DNA from: Torpedo marmorata
Lineage: Eukaryota
DNA: 64,000 bases
NCBI GenBank assembly: GCA_977017645.1
Contig: OZ360230.1
Span: 93,744,001-93,808,000 of the forward strand
Direction: 5' to 3'
Shown here: piece after piece, positions 12,526 to 25,500 of the stretch
Numbering within the stretch: position 1 is the first letter of the stretch
How the letters are laid out: each line of letters starts with the position of its first letter
Translations under genes and position numbers: made by a program
Notes under the pieces: model-generated
Database searches by the model: none
Told to the model about the DNA's origin: nothing
Seen by the model: the letters and a program-made list of their open reading frames with translations, nothing else

Positions 12526-13429
12526 GACTGTGTTCAGAAGGGTATTGTTGGCTGAAGTGAAAAACAAAACTATCAAGATAGGCAATGGTACAGAGAAGGT
12601 TGCACTAAGGGAATGGAGCAGAGTGATCAGGTAACATTTATTTTCACTATAGCATGCTTTTATTTAAATATTTGCTTTGGAATATATAGTGTTGCATCAT
12701 GGTCAAGAATGTCAACAAAGGAGGGACGGATAGGCAGGATTACACCTGAATGGGAAAGTAGTAATGAGTTCACTGGATGTCAGGCAGATGTTGTTCATGA
12801 ACAACCTCATCAGAAACAATTGCAAAGCCTGCACCCTTCCTATCCGTTTCTCTCCTCACACTCCTAGCACACATGGTGTGAGGTCTGAGCCCTTGAGATT
12901 ATTCAGTGGTCGTCATCCAACAGTAACCATAAAGAGACGGCACCTGCTCCACTGAGTATTTCAGGATCCTCCAGAGCACTCCAGGCTGAGGAGCTGTTAT
13001 GCCAGCACAGCAACAGTCTGGTCTATCACTCTTCTTGCATAGGCTTGGGTACCAAAGTTGTCATCCCTTTCATCAGCATCTTACCCTTATCTGCAGTGGG
13101 GACCTTGGGTTTCTCAAATGCAAAGCTGGACTGCAGGAGAATGAGGCATAATGACCAATACCAATGTCAAACACCAATTTGACACTGACAATGTGAAATT
13201 ACTTTCAGCAATGGCATGTCAGAACTGAGAGGGATTTCATCATGGGGAAGCCTAGCAGCTGCCACATCTGAGGGTGTTTTATATACATACTGATCGCCAA
13301 CTATACATACAATTCAGTACAGACATTCTGTGAACAGGCAGGCTCATTGTTCTAACTTGTGTAAGATGTAAGCACATCGAAAACATAAAGGCTCATGGTC
13401 AAGGTGACTTTGGCAGGCACTTGAACTAA

Positions 13430-13668
13430 GTTTGCAGTTGGCATGGCGCAACGCTATTACAGCAGCCAGGGTTTGAATCTAGCGTTGCCTGTAAGGATTT
13501 TGTACGTTCTCCACGTGTCCGCATGCGTTTCCTCCGCGTGCTCCGGTTTCCTCCCACATTCCAAAGATGTATGATGTTAGAAGGTTAATTGATCACATGG
13601 GTGTATTTGGGTAGTGTGGGCTCATGGGCCAGAAGGACCTGTTACCATGCTGTATCTCTAAATCATAA
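13430..13668 (+). mobile_element. tRNA-derived V-SINE (HE1-like)
   Basis: Homologous to 31715-32008: gggtttgaatc B-box, ctccggtttcctcccaca V core, CR1-type tail gggccagaaggacctgttaccatgctgtat. Confidence 0.85.
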
Positions 13669-14300
13669 ATTGTGGACGCAGCATATGGCAGATCTCAATG
13701 AACTAAACCTTACCAAACAGCAGACATCCCATATATCGAGATTCCGGGATGAGAATTGCTCCCTGAATACTCCAGGCCGATAGGCCTCCTCTCAAAGCCC
13801 ATCCTCACCCTCCTCCAACAGCTCATTTTACATACCCTCTGCTCAGCACTCTGCTGCACTCCATGAGCTGTGTCTGCTAATTGTTGCTTGCAACAATAGA
13901 TCTGTGCAGAAGTTTCAATGACAGAACAAGCCTTTCAGTCGCACCATCCTATTAACTTGGCAAATTTGAGGATCTTTCAGATTACTGCCAAGCTCTGCGA
14001 AATCCGAGTCGCAATGAATAAAATTCAGTGGGTAACCTGCAACAGTTGATGATTTCTTAAGTAGCGCTCATGAGGGATTATTCCTGCTGTTGAATGCATC
14101 TTCAGGTGTGCAAAGTTAAGAGGGAGTACCAACTGAGGTGATGATTTCCAAAACACCATTATAGTGTCAAAACACCATTATGCGCTGAATGATGTCACAG
14201 ATGTGTACTCAATTCACAACAAATCCCATATTAACATGTGTTAATATAGGCACCAAAGCAGATGTGGATGTCAGACGTCTCATTGAAACAAGATCAAATA

Positions 14301-15099
14301 CCGTATTTGACGGCATATAAGACCCACTTTTTCCCCCAAAAAATGGCTAAAAAATATCCCCCGGGTCTTATATGTGAAGTTGAAATTAGGGTGATAATGG
14401 TGAGTAATGCCGACAGTGATTATTGTCGCTGCGTGGCTCACTAGCATCACCGCTATCTATCTTTGGGGGCTGGTGGCGGGCTGTCGGGGGGGAGCGGGGC
14501 GGTGGGATCAGTGTGGGGGCTGGTAGCGGGCTGCCGGGAGACTCTCCCGGCGGCCCGCTCTCGGTCCCCACACTGGTCCCACCACCCCGCTCCCCTCTGG
14601 GAGAGAGCAGGCAGTGGGACCAGTGCGGGGATCGACAGCGGGCCGCCGGGAGAGACCGTGGCAGTGGGACCAGCGCGGGGACTGACAGCGGGCCGCCGGG
14701 AGAGACCGTGGCAGTGGGACCAGCGCGGGGACTGACAGCGGGCCGCCGGGAGAGACCATGGCAATGGGACCAGCGCGGGGACTGACAGCGGGCCGCCGGG
14801 AGAGACCGTGGCAGTGGGACCAGCGCGGTGACCAACAGTGGCAGTTTGTTTTTATAAAATGTTTTCTACTATAGCTCAGCTGCTTTTGTTTTCTCTTGTA
14901 AATTACAGCAGTATTATTATTAAAAGATTTTCCCTGTTGTCCTAGATGCATATTTTGTCCAAATTTTTTTTCTGCTATACTGTAGCTACATTTTTAAATA
15001 ATATTAAATGCTTACCCGTAAATACACTAAAAAAAATTCTTAATATTCCCTGCTGAAATGGGGGGGGGGGGGTGGTGTCTTATATGCTGTCAAATACGG
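14301..15099. mobile_element. Non-autonomous Tc1/mariner (Tc2-like) DNA transposon carrying an internal minisatellite
   Basis: TIRs CCGTATTTGACGGCATATAAGAC and GTCTTATATGCTGTCAAATACGG, flanked by TA on both sides (14299-14300, 15100-15101). Confidence 0.85.
14600..14830 (+). repeat. GC-rich 50-bp minisatellite (~4.5 units) inside the Tc2-like MITE
   Basis: Unit ggccgccgggagagaccgtggcagtgggaccagcgcggggactgacagcg starts at 14641, 14691, 14741 and 14791. Confidence 0.95.
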
Positions 15100-15337
15100 T
15101 AGATTTTGTGTTCACGCTTCCCCGTTTTTCATGATTACTCAAGCCCCTAGACTTCATAACGACCCTGTCTGTGGAATAACTTTAATATTGTTTCCCAAAT
15201 ACTTTCCGAAATAAATGAGTTGCAGAAATCTTTTCCACATGATGTCCTGAGAATACAATGTGTTTCAAAATGTGAATGCAGTAAAGATGCCATATCAAGA
15301 GGAAAACATTTGATTCACCATACCAGGCAAAGGAAAA

Positions 15338-15580
15338 TGGTTAGCACAACACTATTACAGCGCCAGTGACCCAGGTTTGAATCCAGGCGCTGTCTGTAAG
15401 GTATTTGTACGTTCTCCCTGTGACCTGCATGGGTTTTCTCCGGGTCTCCCGGTTTCTTCCCACCCTCCAAAAACGTATGGGGTTAGTAGTTTAATGGGGG
15501 ACAATTAACAGCACAGATTTCATGGGCCAGAAGGGCCTTCTACCATGCTGTGTCGTTAAAATTAAAATTCAATTAAATTA
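15338..15580 (+). mobile_element. tRNA-derived V-SINE (HE1-like)
   Basis: ggttagcacaacactattacagcgccagtgacccaggtttgaatcc head, V core, tail and (taaaat)n end. Confidence 0.85.
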
Positions 15581-15979
15581 AAAGACTTTCAAAGCATTTA
15601 AAATGCATTCGGATTGTTTTCATAAATTTTCTCAGAATTAACGAAATGTAATTTATAAAAAGAGGTTTCATTTTTGATAATTCCACAACGTACACAGTCA
15701 TCTTCTTTTCTGCATACCCAATTATTTTTCTTAGCCTTTATACTCAAAAATATTTTTAAAAACATTATTTTTTCTCTCCCAGGAGTAGTATTCATTGTGA
15801 ACAAAAGTTTCACAATACTGTATCAGTATGGTTAACAAAACATCTGTTTCAAAATGGCAACATGCTTTCTGAAATTCAACTAATAAGAAAAGGGACTATT
15901 ACCCCCTGGAAGAGGCAACAACCAATAAATTAAATAGTAAACCCAACACTGGGGGAGCTGAGCAACAACATTAAATCAG

Positions 15980-16514
15980 TAAAAAACACAAAAGCTGGAG
16001 AACTCAGCAGGTCAAACAGTGTCTTTTATGTAGCAAAGGTAGAAATACATAACCGACGTTTCGGGCTTGAGCCCTTCATCAAAGTATGAGAAAATGCCGG
16101 CAGGCGTCCGAACAAAAGAGTGAGGGGGGAAGGGGGTGGCAAAGGCAGGAGATGATAGGTGGAGAAAGGAGGGAGGGGACAGCAGCAAAGAGGGGGAGGA
16201 GGGATGGCTGGGTGGGTAGAAAAAAACAGGAAGGACAGGTGAGGGGGGAGGGGAAGGAAAGGACAAGCAGGTTTAGTGGAAAGCAGAAAAGTCAATGTTA
16301 ATGCCATCTGGCTGGAGAGTGCTCAGACGGAAAATGAGATGTTGTTCCTCCAATTTGCGGGTAGTCTGGGTGGGATAGTACATGAGGCCATGGACAGACA
16401 TGTGAGTGTGGGAGTGTGACCTGGAATTGAAATGGTTGGCTACTGGGAGGTCGCTGTTGTTGCGGAAGGAGAGGAGGTGCTCAGCAAAGCGATCTCCCAA
16501 TCTACGACCGGTCT
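15980..16514 (-). mobile_element. Penelope-like element 3' fragment with 11-bp TSD
   Basis: Minus ORF LGDRFAEHL...PVANHFNS..HSHTHMSVHGL...RKLEEQHLIFRLSTLQPDGINIDF (GIY-YIG C-terminus); pLTR with tttgatgaagggctcaagcccgaaacgtc; TSD cattaaatcag at 15969-15979 and 16515-16525. Confidence 0.9.
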
Positions 16515-17322
16515 CATTAAATCAGATCACAGTTAGCACTGGTGGAATGAAGGGGAATAGGCATTATGGTTTACCAGCTCTGGCTTTAACTGGTTCTCCT
16601 CATGCTCACTCTCCAACAAGTAGTGGATGGCAACCAGGAATGAATCATCTTTTTATTCCCCATTTCTCTCCATCTAAACAGGGGTTCTGAAGCCAAATGG
16701 TAGATGTCACCAGAGCCAAGAGTGTCTTGGCAAGAAAACTCTACATAAATATTTAGACTTCATTTGCTCTTGGCAGCTCCACTGGTTCAAATCTGCTTAC
16801 TTCAGCTAATAATTCTCCAGTTAGCTTGATATGAAAAATGTATTGCATATAATATCAAACAAAATTAATAAGCACTCCAAGAGAAATACCAAAGATTTTG
16901 AGGTAACTAAATCATTGTTTATCTCCAAAAAATGTTGTAGATAGTTCATCAATGTTCATGACTGGGGCGAGTGTGCGTTCAGTGGATTTTGCTAAGATAT
17001 CTGCTGTAAGCACAGACAGTAGACTTCTCAGCAAAGTCTACTGAACCTGGAGGTCAAACATTGTGCGTTGGACAAATCAGGACAAGTAATTTAGTGAGAT
17101 ATTCACAATTCAGTTTCTTTTAAAATGTGTTTCTAGCAATACTTAACAGATAAAAGGAAAGAAAAAATATGCTAAAGTCAGAATTTTGAATGCTTTTAAA
17201 CAGAATTTCTCACAAACTGTACGCAAAACTGTGAGGATTGCTCCCCTTCTCAACAACAAATGATATAGTAGTACCTGCTTAATCAGAGGAAAATCCTCAT
17301 CAGGTTATCTTGGATAACATAC

Positions 17323-17458
17323 CTGAAGTTGCCATCCACCGTTTATAACCGATACAGTCCAGTCCTGTCGGTGTGCTCTGGGATAAGGTAAGAAATTTCA
17401 AGGGAATGTCTTTGAAGGTAGCAGAGAGAGGTGACAGGTGGGAAAATCGCATTCCAAC
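17323..17458 (-). CDS. ARHGEF4: ARHGEF4 coding exon (136 bp, phase 0/1): VGMRFSHLSPLSATFKDIPLKFLTLSQSTPTGLDCIGYKRWMATS, APC-binding-region-like segment
   Basis: Acceptor ttctttatctttcccttag|GTT and donor TCAG|gtatgt. SQSTPTGLD matches the conserved SQSTPIGLD motif of the Asef family. Too short for the supplied ORF track; read by hand. Confidence 0.85.
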
Positions 17459-18023
17459 CTAAGGGAAAGATAAAGAATTCAGTACAGTCGTATTATCTTA
17501 ATAATCAATTAGTTCAGTCTCTGCCCATGGATGAAGCTTGATCCCTCACTAGATAGATGGATAGTTACGAATCAAACAATCCATTCACCCGAAAGAAAAA
17601 AATACTTTTATCAAAATACTGCAAGCAATCGTGTAACAAAGGTGATTTTGTTTCAAATGTAACAAAGTTTACAATTAACAATGTTAAACAAGATAAACAA
17701 ACTTAATATCTATAAAATGATTATTTAGCTATTCTCAAAGGTTAAAAGTGGACTACACGTAATACTTGCAGGTAATCAGGAGAATTATGCACTCATGTAC
17801 TGGTGTCAGGGATATTTTATGACTGGAAGAATTTTGGTGATCTTTACCCAAAACAAAGGAAAATAATTCAGAGAGAGGTATGAGGTGAAACAAATCCCGC
17901 ATCAACAGTTATAGAAAATCAAGTTAACAGTAAATTGACTTCCCCAGCGACTTGGAGCACAGAGGGAACAAATTGAATTTGCTTGGGAGAATCATAGATG
18001 AAAGATGAGTTCAGAATTGATAA

Positions 18024-18250
18024 AAAGGTAAAGGTTCCATTATTGTCACGTAATACTACATTTAGAATGTAACATACATGAAATTCTTTCATTTTTGTCT
18101 ACCGTAAGGCAGACAGAGAGTCGCTTCTTTGTCCAGCGCCCCTCACAGAAACCTGGTGTTCCTCGGCGGTCTCCCCTCCAAGTACTGACCAGTCCTGTGC
18201 CTGCTTAGCTTCCGAGATCAGACAATCCCAGTCGTATTCAGGCTATTGGT
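18024..18250 (-). mobile_element. 5S rRNA-derived SINE (SINE3-type): 5S head plus LINE-type stem-loop tail
   Basis: Minus strand agcctgaatacg...gtctgatctcggaagctaagcagg...ctggtcagtacttggaggggagaccgcc.aggaacaccagg aligns to 5S rRNA including the A-box/IE/C-box region, then a non-5S tail ending gacaataatggaacctttaccttt. Confidence 0.88.
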
Positions 18251-19064
18251 GCTGCTTGATTACATTCCATGCTGTAAGGAGGGGGGGGGGGGGTGTGGGT
18301 AGAAGGGTAAGAGGGTCCAGATACAACAAAAGTAAGACAAAATTGTGCCAGGTTGGATGTATGTGGTGATGATATCTCTGGTTGCAATGCCTAGTAAATA
18401 ATTTTGTGGAAATTTCTCCCACTTGCCATTCAACATCAGACATTAAACCATCTACAAAGGAATTTTGACAATTTCACTGGAATAATCAACAGAGGAAATC
18501 GCCAATCAACATAAATCACACCATCACTAGCATAATCACAGGCAAACTCATAACCCCAAAAATATCAGGTAGATATAAAGATGCTTCTTTCTAGTTTGTT
18601 ATGACATAATATCAACACAATGGTTGGCGATGGGAGGAAAGCAAAAGAGAAGAGGAAGCCAAGATGTTCATTGGAATTCAGTAGCAGGCAAACTTCCCAC
18701 ATGTACTCTACGCAAGATAAAAAGTTACTTGATTTACACAGGATCTTTTGAGAGCCATGTATCTTTTACACGTTTTCTGTGTGTGGCACTTCATGTTCTC
18801 TCATTTTGCTTATCACCAATCTTCTAATGTACTTCAATATCCAAAGAAACTGTTAATAATTTTGGCAGGACAGTGACACCCCAAGATGAGACAGCCAGAC
18901 TGAACCCAGAGCCAACCATGAAATGAAGGTAATGCAGAATACAAATGACTGAGAGGACAGGTTGTGGAGTGAGCGTCCAGAGACACAGAGCTATGAAAAG
19001 AAGGTGAAGGGGTGAAAGTGGCGGTAGATCACAGTACTTCAGAGGACTTGATGCTTTATCTTAC

Positions 19065-19394
19065 TTCATTGCAAACCTCAGCGTTGGTCCTGCCATGGTT
19101 GCTTCTGCTGTTCTCTAGGTCTGCAATCAACTTTCTCCGCCTCTTCCTTGCTTCTTCCAGCAGCAACTCGTCTGAGCTGCATCGTTTGTAAGGCAGCAGA
19201 CATAACTCTTCTGTTTCATCCTCACTGTCTAGTTTGCATTTCACTTCATGTTCCGCGTGACCAAGTAACCAGGCCATCTGCCCAATATCTGACAACGGGC
19301 GTTGCCGCAGGTGGTTCTGTTGGTGGCTTCTCAGGACTGTTGAAACAGTTGGGTTCGTCTCCTGTGCTGTTTGGGTTGGATGCTTACTTACTTC
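19065..19394 (-). CDS. ARHGEF4: ARHGEF4 coding exon (330 bp, phase 0/0): EVSKHPTQ...HLRQRPLSDIGQMAW...KRCSSDELLLEEARKRRRKLI...EVCNE
   Basis: Acceptor acacag|GAA at 19394 and donor GAA|gtaaga at 19065, in frame with the giant exon. RQRPLSDIGQ resembles SPATA13 RPRPFSDYGQ; CSSDELLLEE..RRKL resembles fish ARHGEF4 as recalled. Confidence 0.8.
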
Positions 19395-22300
19395 CTGTGT
19401 GGCAGTGCCGGGTAGAGAAATGGGTCAGATCAAACATTCACGGAATGAACAAGAGCACATGTGACACAACGATGTAATATCCACAGGCAGCATGGTAAAT
19501 TTCAGTGCCTTCAAGAATATAAGAATTGACATTCTTCTTACTATGGATTTGGCAGGGTGGATAAAACAGACACTCTGATTATCCAGAGAAACATTTTGCT
19601 TGTAAATGTATTAGAACAATTAAGTTTCTCTCTTCCCTTCCCTTAGCAGATGGCAAATCAAGTAAAACATGCAGGTATTTCTTTCCTACTAAACAGTTCA
19701 GATATAAGTATGTCATTCTGGATGAAAAATTAATATTGTAATGTCACAATAATAATTGAAGAAATATGGTGCTTATCCTGATCCTGAACAGTAATTTTTG
19801 TTTTTAACTACTTTGGTTCAATTATTATGGATGAAAATGAATTCAATAAAACTTGTTGTGATGTCCATTCTCTTTATGAGGCTTTTGCAACTTGCTGATG
19901 TGTACTTCAATATCATTTCTGACTCAGGAGCTTCAAAGAAGGTGCGTCTAACACACATTATTCTAAAGAGGAAATGTTTGGAAGGCGAGGTAAATTTGAG
20001 GAGAGGTAACCTGTATCACTTGCCAACAGCAGGTAACATTGGATGAATTTAATTGCATGTTCATTGTGTGTTATTAATTATGTTATTTTAAGGCATCATT
20101 TGCTTTGCCTCAGTCATGGTATAAAACTATTTCATACTGCATTTAATACAATCAATAAGAAAGGTCAAGGAATTGCACCAATGTCAGCTAAAATACAAAG
20201 TGCAGAGGTTTATGTGAATGAACACGGTGGACATTTGAACCTACATTAGGAATTGTTAATTTGGTGTAAAGTTGATCCAGATTGATTCCTGGTGCATACT
20301 CCATGTGCATTAGTATTAGAACTGGCTAAATGGGTAAAAGGTGTAAAAGTAACTTTCTAGACAGATTAAAAGTCTATGTCCAGAGTAAATGAGCGAAATA
20401 AAACCCTTTTCTGGAATTAAACCCATTTAATATTGCTTAAGAGATAGATTTCAAGGTTGCTACGGGCAAAGGTCCCCTCCATCTTTAGTCGATAATTTTA
20501 TCCTATAATTACTGGACACAAACATGCTGAACACTATGTACCCCTTATACTGACTGTCGAGTGGATAGTGCAGGGAAATACTGAAGATTCCTTGCACCAC
20601 CATCTGCATTTCCTCATGTAAATCCCAACAAGTTTGGGTTTCCCCACATGTGAGTGCAAGCCTGAAATACAGAAGTCTCAAACTATCTATCTCTTGCAAT
20701 TTCTATGCTTTGACACTGGACTCAGAGTCCATTGGTGGAGAACAAAGTTGGAGAAATTCCCCATCAGTTTTAGTGGGCAATCTGCTTAAACAGCCTGTGA
20801 AAAACAAGGCACATTCGATTATGTTTTAATTGTTCATTTATATGGTTTTAATTGCTTCTGTTTCTCCTTTTTTATTTTAAATGTGAATTGAATGTTTTGG
20901 TATTTTTTATTGGTGCAGTAGTTTGATTAACATTTGCACATTCAAAATGTTTTATTTTTTTAGAAACCTTTACTTTGACTTTGACAGTGGGCTAAACAAC
21001 TAGGCCTTGCTTGAAGGCTATCCAAATTTAATCAACACTTTTGTGGATTGGGCTTCTTTGGCCCCATAAACCTTCACAATGCCATTTACACATGAATAGG
21101 CCTGGACATGAATTGTCCAGGAAGTCTCCACAGGATGAAAAGGGTATGGGTGCTGTTGATCACATAATTCAGGCCATATGGCTGGTTGCAATTTATGTAA
21201 AAGAAGAGTCTCCTTAAAATAAAATGACCACAGATTTACTACAGTTATTTACTACAGTTGTCCAGTAGGTGGTAGATTCACCATTTCAAAATCAAATGTC
21301 ATCCCTATTTTTAGTCCAGCATATCATTATTTGCTAACATTCACCTTTTGAAATTAAGCCACTTAAAACTTGCTTTGTTATTCCGATCCAATTGAAGTTG
21401 GATCAAAAACAACAGTATTTATGATTGTAGATCATGATGACCTTGGTACAGTTTAAGAGTCTAGTTACACTTCTCAGGGCTCAGTCAGATCAGCTGCACT
21501 CCACACACATTGATGAATATTGTAAATTCTACTGAGCATTCTACAGATGATTCTGCATAACTCACAAATGATCCTAATGAAGCAAACTTTCTTGGAAAGT
21601 GGTTGTGAATCTGTCCCCATAAAGGAGAGATACTTAAAAAAATGAAAATCATTATTTTATGCTATTATTTAGTTAAGATGATTTTTATTCTTCATAGGGA
21701 AGGAAATCCTACCGATAATTTAGCCAGTTTTAAAATTGGAACTACTCAAATATTCTTCACCAGAGAGAAATAACAAGGTGATGTTCACGTCTAAGAAGGC
21801 AATTATAGGGTAACAAATGGAAAAGAAAATAACGAGCTCTTGCTGAAGAGAATTAGACAGTCATGGTGGCTCCCAATAACCCATGAACATAACATGAACA
21901 TAAACAGTTACTCTCTGGAAACTGCTCCATGATTCAATGCATGACTGAGCTGGAAACCATGTCAGATGTGCAAGGGCGAACCACATTTGTGCCCGGCCAA
22001 ATTTTGAGAGTGGCACCATTAGATGCAGAATTGTTGCTACTGTATTGAGTTCCACTCCTGAAACAAACGATTTCTGGACTTCAAGCACTGAGATGAAGAG
22101 TCCAGAAAACCTAATTGCTAGGCCACATTGCCATGCTTTTGAAAAGAAGTTGCCTCTAGTTGACCATCACCCTGCCCCACTACCCTGCCCCTTCTTTCAA
22201 CAACCAATGTGTAAAGCCACAAAATCTGGACCTTTGCGCTTTGCAGGACAAAGTATTTACTTCATTGGCACATTAAGAGTTCAGATAGTTTCTTATTGGA

Positions 22301-22569
22301 TTATTGAAATGTCGAGCCAACATTGACTATTTAATTTGCAAGTTTAAAATGTGTAGTCTCTCAATTCTTTCTGCACATTTAAGTTATCAGGCCCCTTATA
22401 TTGGCTTAAGTTATTATTAAAATTTGTATCCTTTCCAATGATTTCATGACTTCAAATGTGCTGTCAAAACATCATGAGGTGGAAACTAATAACAAATATT
22501 GTGGAAGTGCAATTATTAGGACGGTTGGAAAGCTTCTTTCACATCTGCTATAATTTTTGAACCACTCAC

Positions 22570-25500
22570 CTCATCTTTGGCAATGTCAATTACTGAAGAT
22601 GTCGTATTTAGACTTGTCTGTGATTGACTGCTAATTCCACTGTCCTCTTTCTGACATTCATAATTCAGAGATTGCACTGAAAGAAGAAGATTTCCTCTTG
22701 GTTTTGATGTTGTTGGCCTTTCAGGGCTTTCCAACACACCATCTGTTGTCCTGCTGGAATCCAGGGAAGTCCATGATGAGGTGCTGCCTCTGTTGCTGGA
22801 GCGAAAGCTTCTCCGAAAACTTGACCTTGGACTTTGAGGTTTAGGACTCATGGGCCTTGCAGGGAAAGGACCATCAAAGCATTCTGAAATCACACCAGGC
22901 CTATTCCAAGTTGGGCTTATCTGATTCATTAAAGTGTGCGGGATGGATTGATTTGGTGTGGCTTTGAAACCATCTTCATTTTCCAAACTACTGTTGGACA
23001 ACAATGTAAGTCTTAATCCGTCTGGTGATGTTCTTTTTGCTCTTTGCTCTGCTATTTTCGGAACATGATCTGAGTCAAAAGAGCAACTGGAAAGCTGAGC
23101 TTTCCTTGACCTCCGAGGTGGTGAAGGTGATGAGGACGCTAAAGGGTGGGCACTGTCGACCTGGTCCATTGAGATTCGCCTTGCATATTCACTGTGCACC
23201 TGAGACTGGGTCCGTACATGTGGGTTTTCCCCACTGCTTGTACTTGAAGTGCTTGATGGGTTGGATCCTCTTGTAGACTCTGATTCGCTCAGTCTCATGA
23301 ACCTTTTCCAGGACATGTGCTTTGACTTGCCATCATCACCTTCAACATTTCTATGAGATTTTGAGTTCTGATTGGTATTTTCTCTTTCTCCAGATTTTGA
23401 TTCAAAGAAAATGGAAAGTGATTTATTAGCAAAAGCTCGCTTCATTTTATTAAGGCTGTCAGTACTTCTGCTCCTTTTGCAACTGCCATCTGTTGCAGGA
23501 GATATTTTGATGTTTTGATCCTCTATGTTGATGTCTTCTCCCTGCACAGAGTCTGTGTCCCTGTCATGAAAATTATGACTATTTTCTGCCACTCTCTCAA
23601 CCTCTTCCATACCATCTAGATTCTGTAATCCGTCAGAGGCAAATGCTCTACTCCCAATTTGATTCAACTGGCTGCAATTTTCAAAAACATCATCATCTTC
23701 ATCCGAACCACCTAAAGTTGGATATTCACCCTTGATGCTGCCTCTGGCATAATGAGGCAGAATTTTATAGCTTGGGTAATGCACTTTATACACTGGAACA
23801 CAATTTGCTTTGCTCTTGGTTTGTGTTTTATTCTCATCTCTTGCCTGTTGCCTCCTGCTTCCATCTTTGCTGATGTTTTCAGCTTGATATACTTGTGTTA
23901 AGGATTTGTTTTTCCTAAAGGATGTCATTTTGGTGAAAACTGAAAATTTAGAGTTTTTGAGAGAAGCAGTGAAGGAGTTTAAAGAGGACAAAGATCCAAA
24001 CCAATCTTCTCCTTTTGTGTTTGTCTGCCTCTGCAGTGCTTTTTGTAAACTGCTCGTACTTCCAAATGAGTAAGTCCTTTCCTCTAGTTCCTCACTAGTT
24101 GTACTGTTACCATCAGTATCATAAACACTCGGAGAAATATCATTGGATTCACCATCTAATGTCTTTTGGCTTCCACTTACACAATTGCCTCGATGTTCAT
24201 CCAGCATTTTGTCATAATTCATGCTGTCAGTATTTTCCGCTTGCAGAATGCCAACCTCCGCAGGTAGGCCTATATATTTTCTCTGTGAATCTGAGTTTGC
24301 AATTCCAGTGTCTTCTAATTTTGCCTCTAACAGAAGATTAGTTGCCTTAGAGTCAGCATTATAAACACAGATCAGATTGTTTTCCAAACTGTTTTCAGGA
24401 ACTCTGCTAACACCCTGTGACCCTACCCCATCAAAAAAGATTGTTTGCTCTAACTCAGCGTCAGGTATCTCCTTTTTATTTATTTCAGTTGTGGTGCCTA
24501 ATTCTAGGGTGTCAGTAGTATGTGACATTGACAATCCTTCAACAAAAATATTCCTTGGTTCAGTCTTTGAAGCAGGACATTTCTCAGTTGGTTCTATGGA
24601 AATTTGAGCAGTACAATCACCTACTTCTTCAAAAGGGAAATTAGGGATATTACTTATCCCGAAGTTTTGTCTTGTGGTTGTTTCAAATGCTGAAAACAAT
24701 TTATCCTTTTCTGAGACTGCCCCTGTGCCTTGTTTAATAAATTGCTTGATCACCTCAAGTGTACACACACTTTCCTGGCCAGTGAGTTCAATAGCATTTC
24801 CCCTGCTGATACTCGTCTCTTCAGGATAGATTTCATTTGCTTCTATTGTCCTTTCAACAAAAACCCCAGTTGCTATTTCAGCATCCTCACTATCTGGTCC
24901 CATGTCAAGAGGACTTACTTTTGAGACCGTCTTTGCATTAGCTGGAGATGTGTTTCTTCTGTCCTTCTGAAGGTCAGTCTCATGTGTTTCTATCCTTCCA
25001 ACCTCTGGGTCAGGGTGTGAATAGCTCTCCCCTAAAACCTGTGTTTCAGTGTTCCTTTGACATGACAGATGTGTCTCAAAATCTCTACCAAAATTCTCAC
25101 GTTGTGCGCTTTCTGATGATGGTAAGTCAATGATTTCCCTTTGCTGTTCCGCAGTGAAATCTCCCTGTGACTCTATTTGTGTTTGTGAAAAAATATGTGT
25201 AAGTTTCAATCCACTCCCTTCAGAATTGCCCACATGTTCTTCTGTGGAATTACCACTAGTTCTTTGTGTTGCTACTGCTGCTTCTTCACCAGTCTCAGAT
25301 CCTGCCTCGAGGGAAGCTACTAAAGTGCCTTCAAAACCAATTTCAACAGAACTTGTTGATTCCAGTTCGACTCCAGTGCTGTTGTTGTGTATACCTTCTT
25401 TAAAATAAATTTGCTCATTCTCTGGCCAAGGTGAAAGGAATCCCCAAGTAATTTCTCCAGATTGCAGCTCAAGTGAATTGCAACAAGCTGACCTTCTTTC

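Noticed and set aside
13085-13130. Candidate 46-bp ARHGEF4 exon (cctgcag|...AAGG|gtaaga)
   Set aside because: In the phase required by the 17323 exon it hits TGA after five codons and shows no family similarity.
14600-14830. CRISPR-like array or GC-rich ORFs
   Set aside because: Head-to-tail units with no unique spacers, in a eukaryotic context; the ORFs are artefacts of the GC-rich repeat.
18140-18250. Functional 5S rRNA gene
   Set aside because: 5' end missing, several substitutions, no T-run terminator after the 5S part, and fused to a retroposon tail.
22570-24000. Assignment to SPATA13 rather than ARHGEF4
   Set aside because: It shares family motifs with both, but RPMSPKP, PERP..KP, SQSQ.SL and the CSSD..EE..RRKL exon fit recalled fish ARHGEF4 better. 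Needs phylogeny or synteny to be certain.
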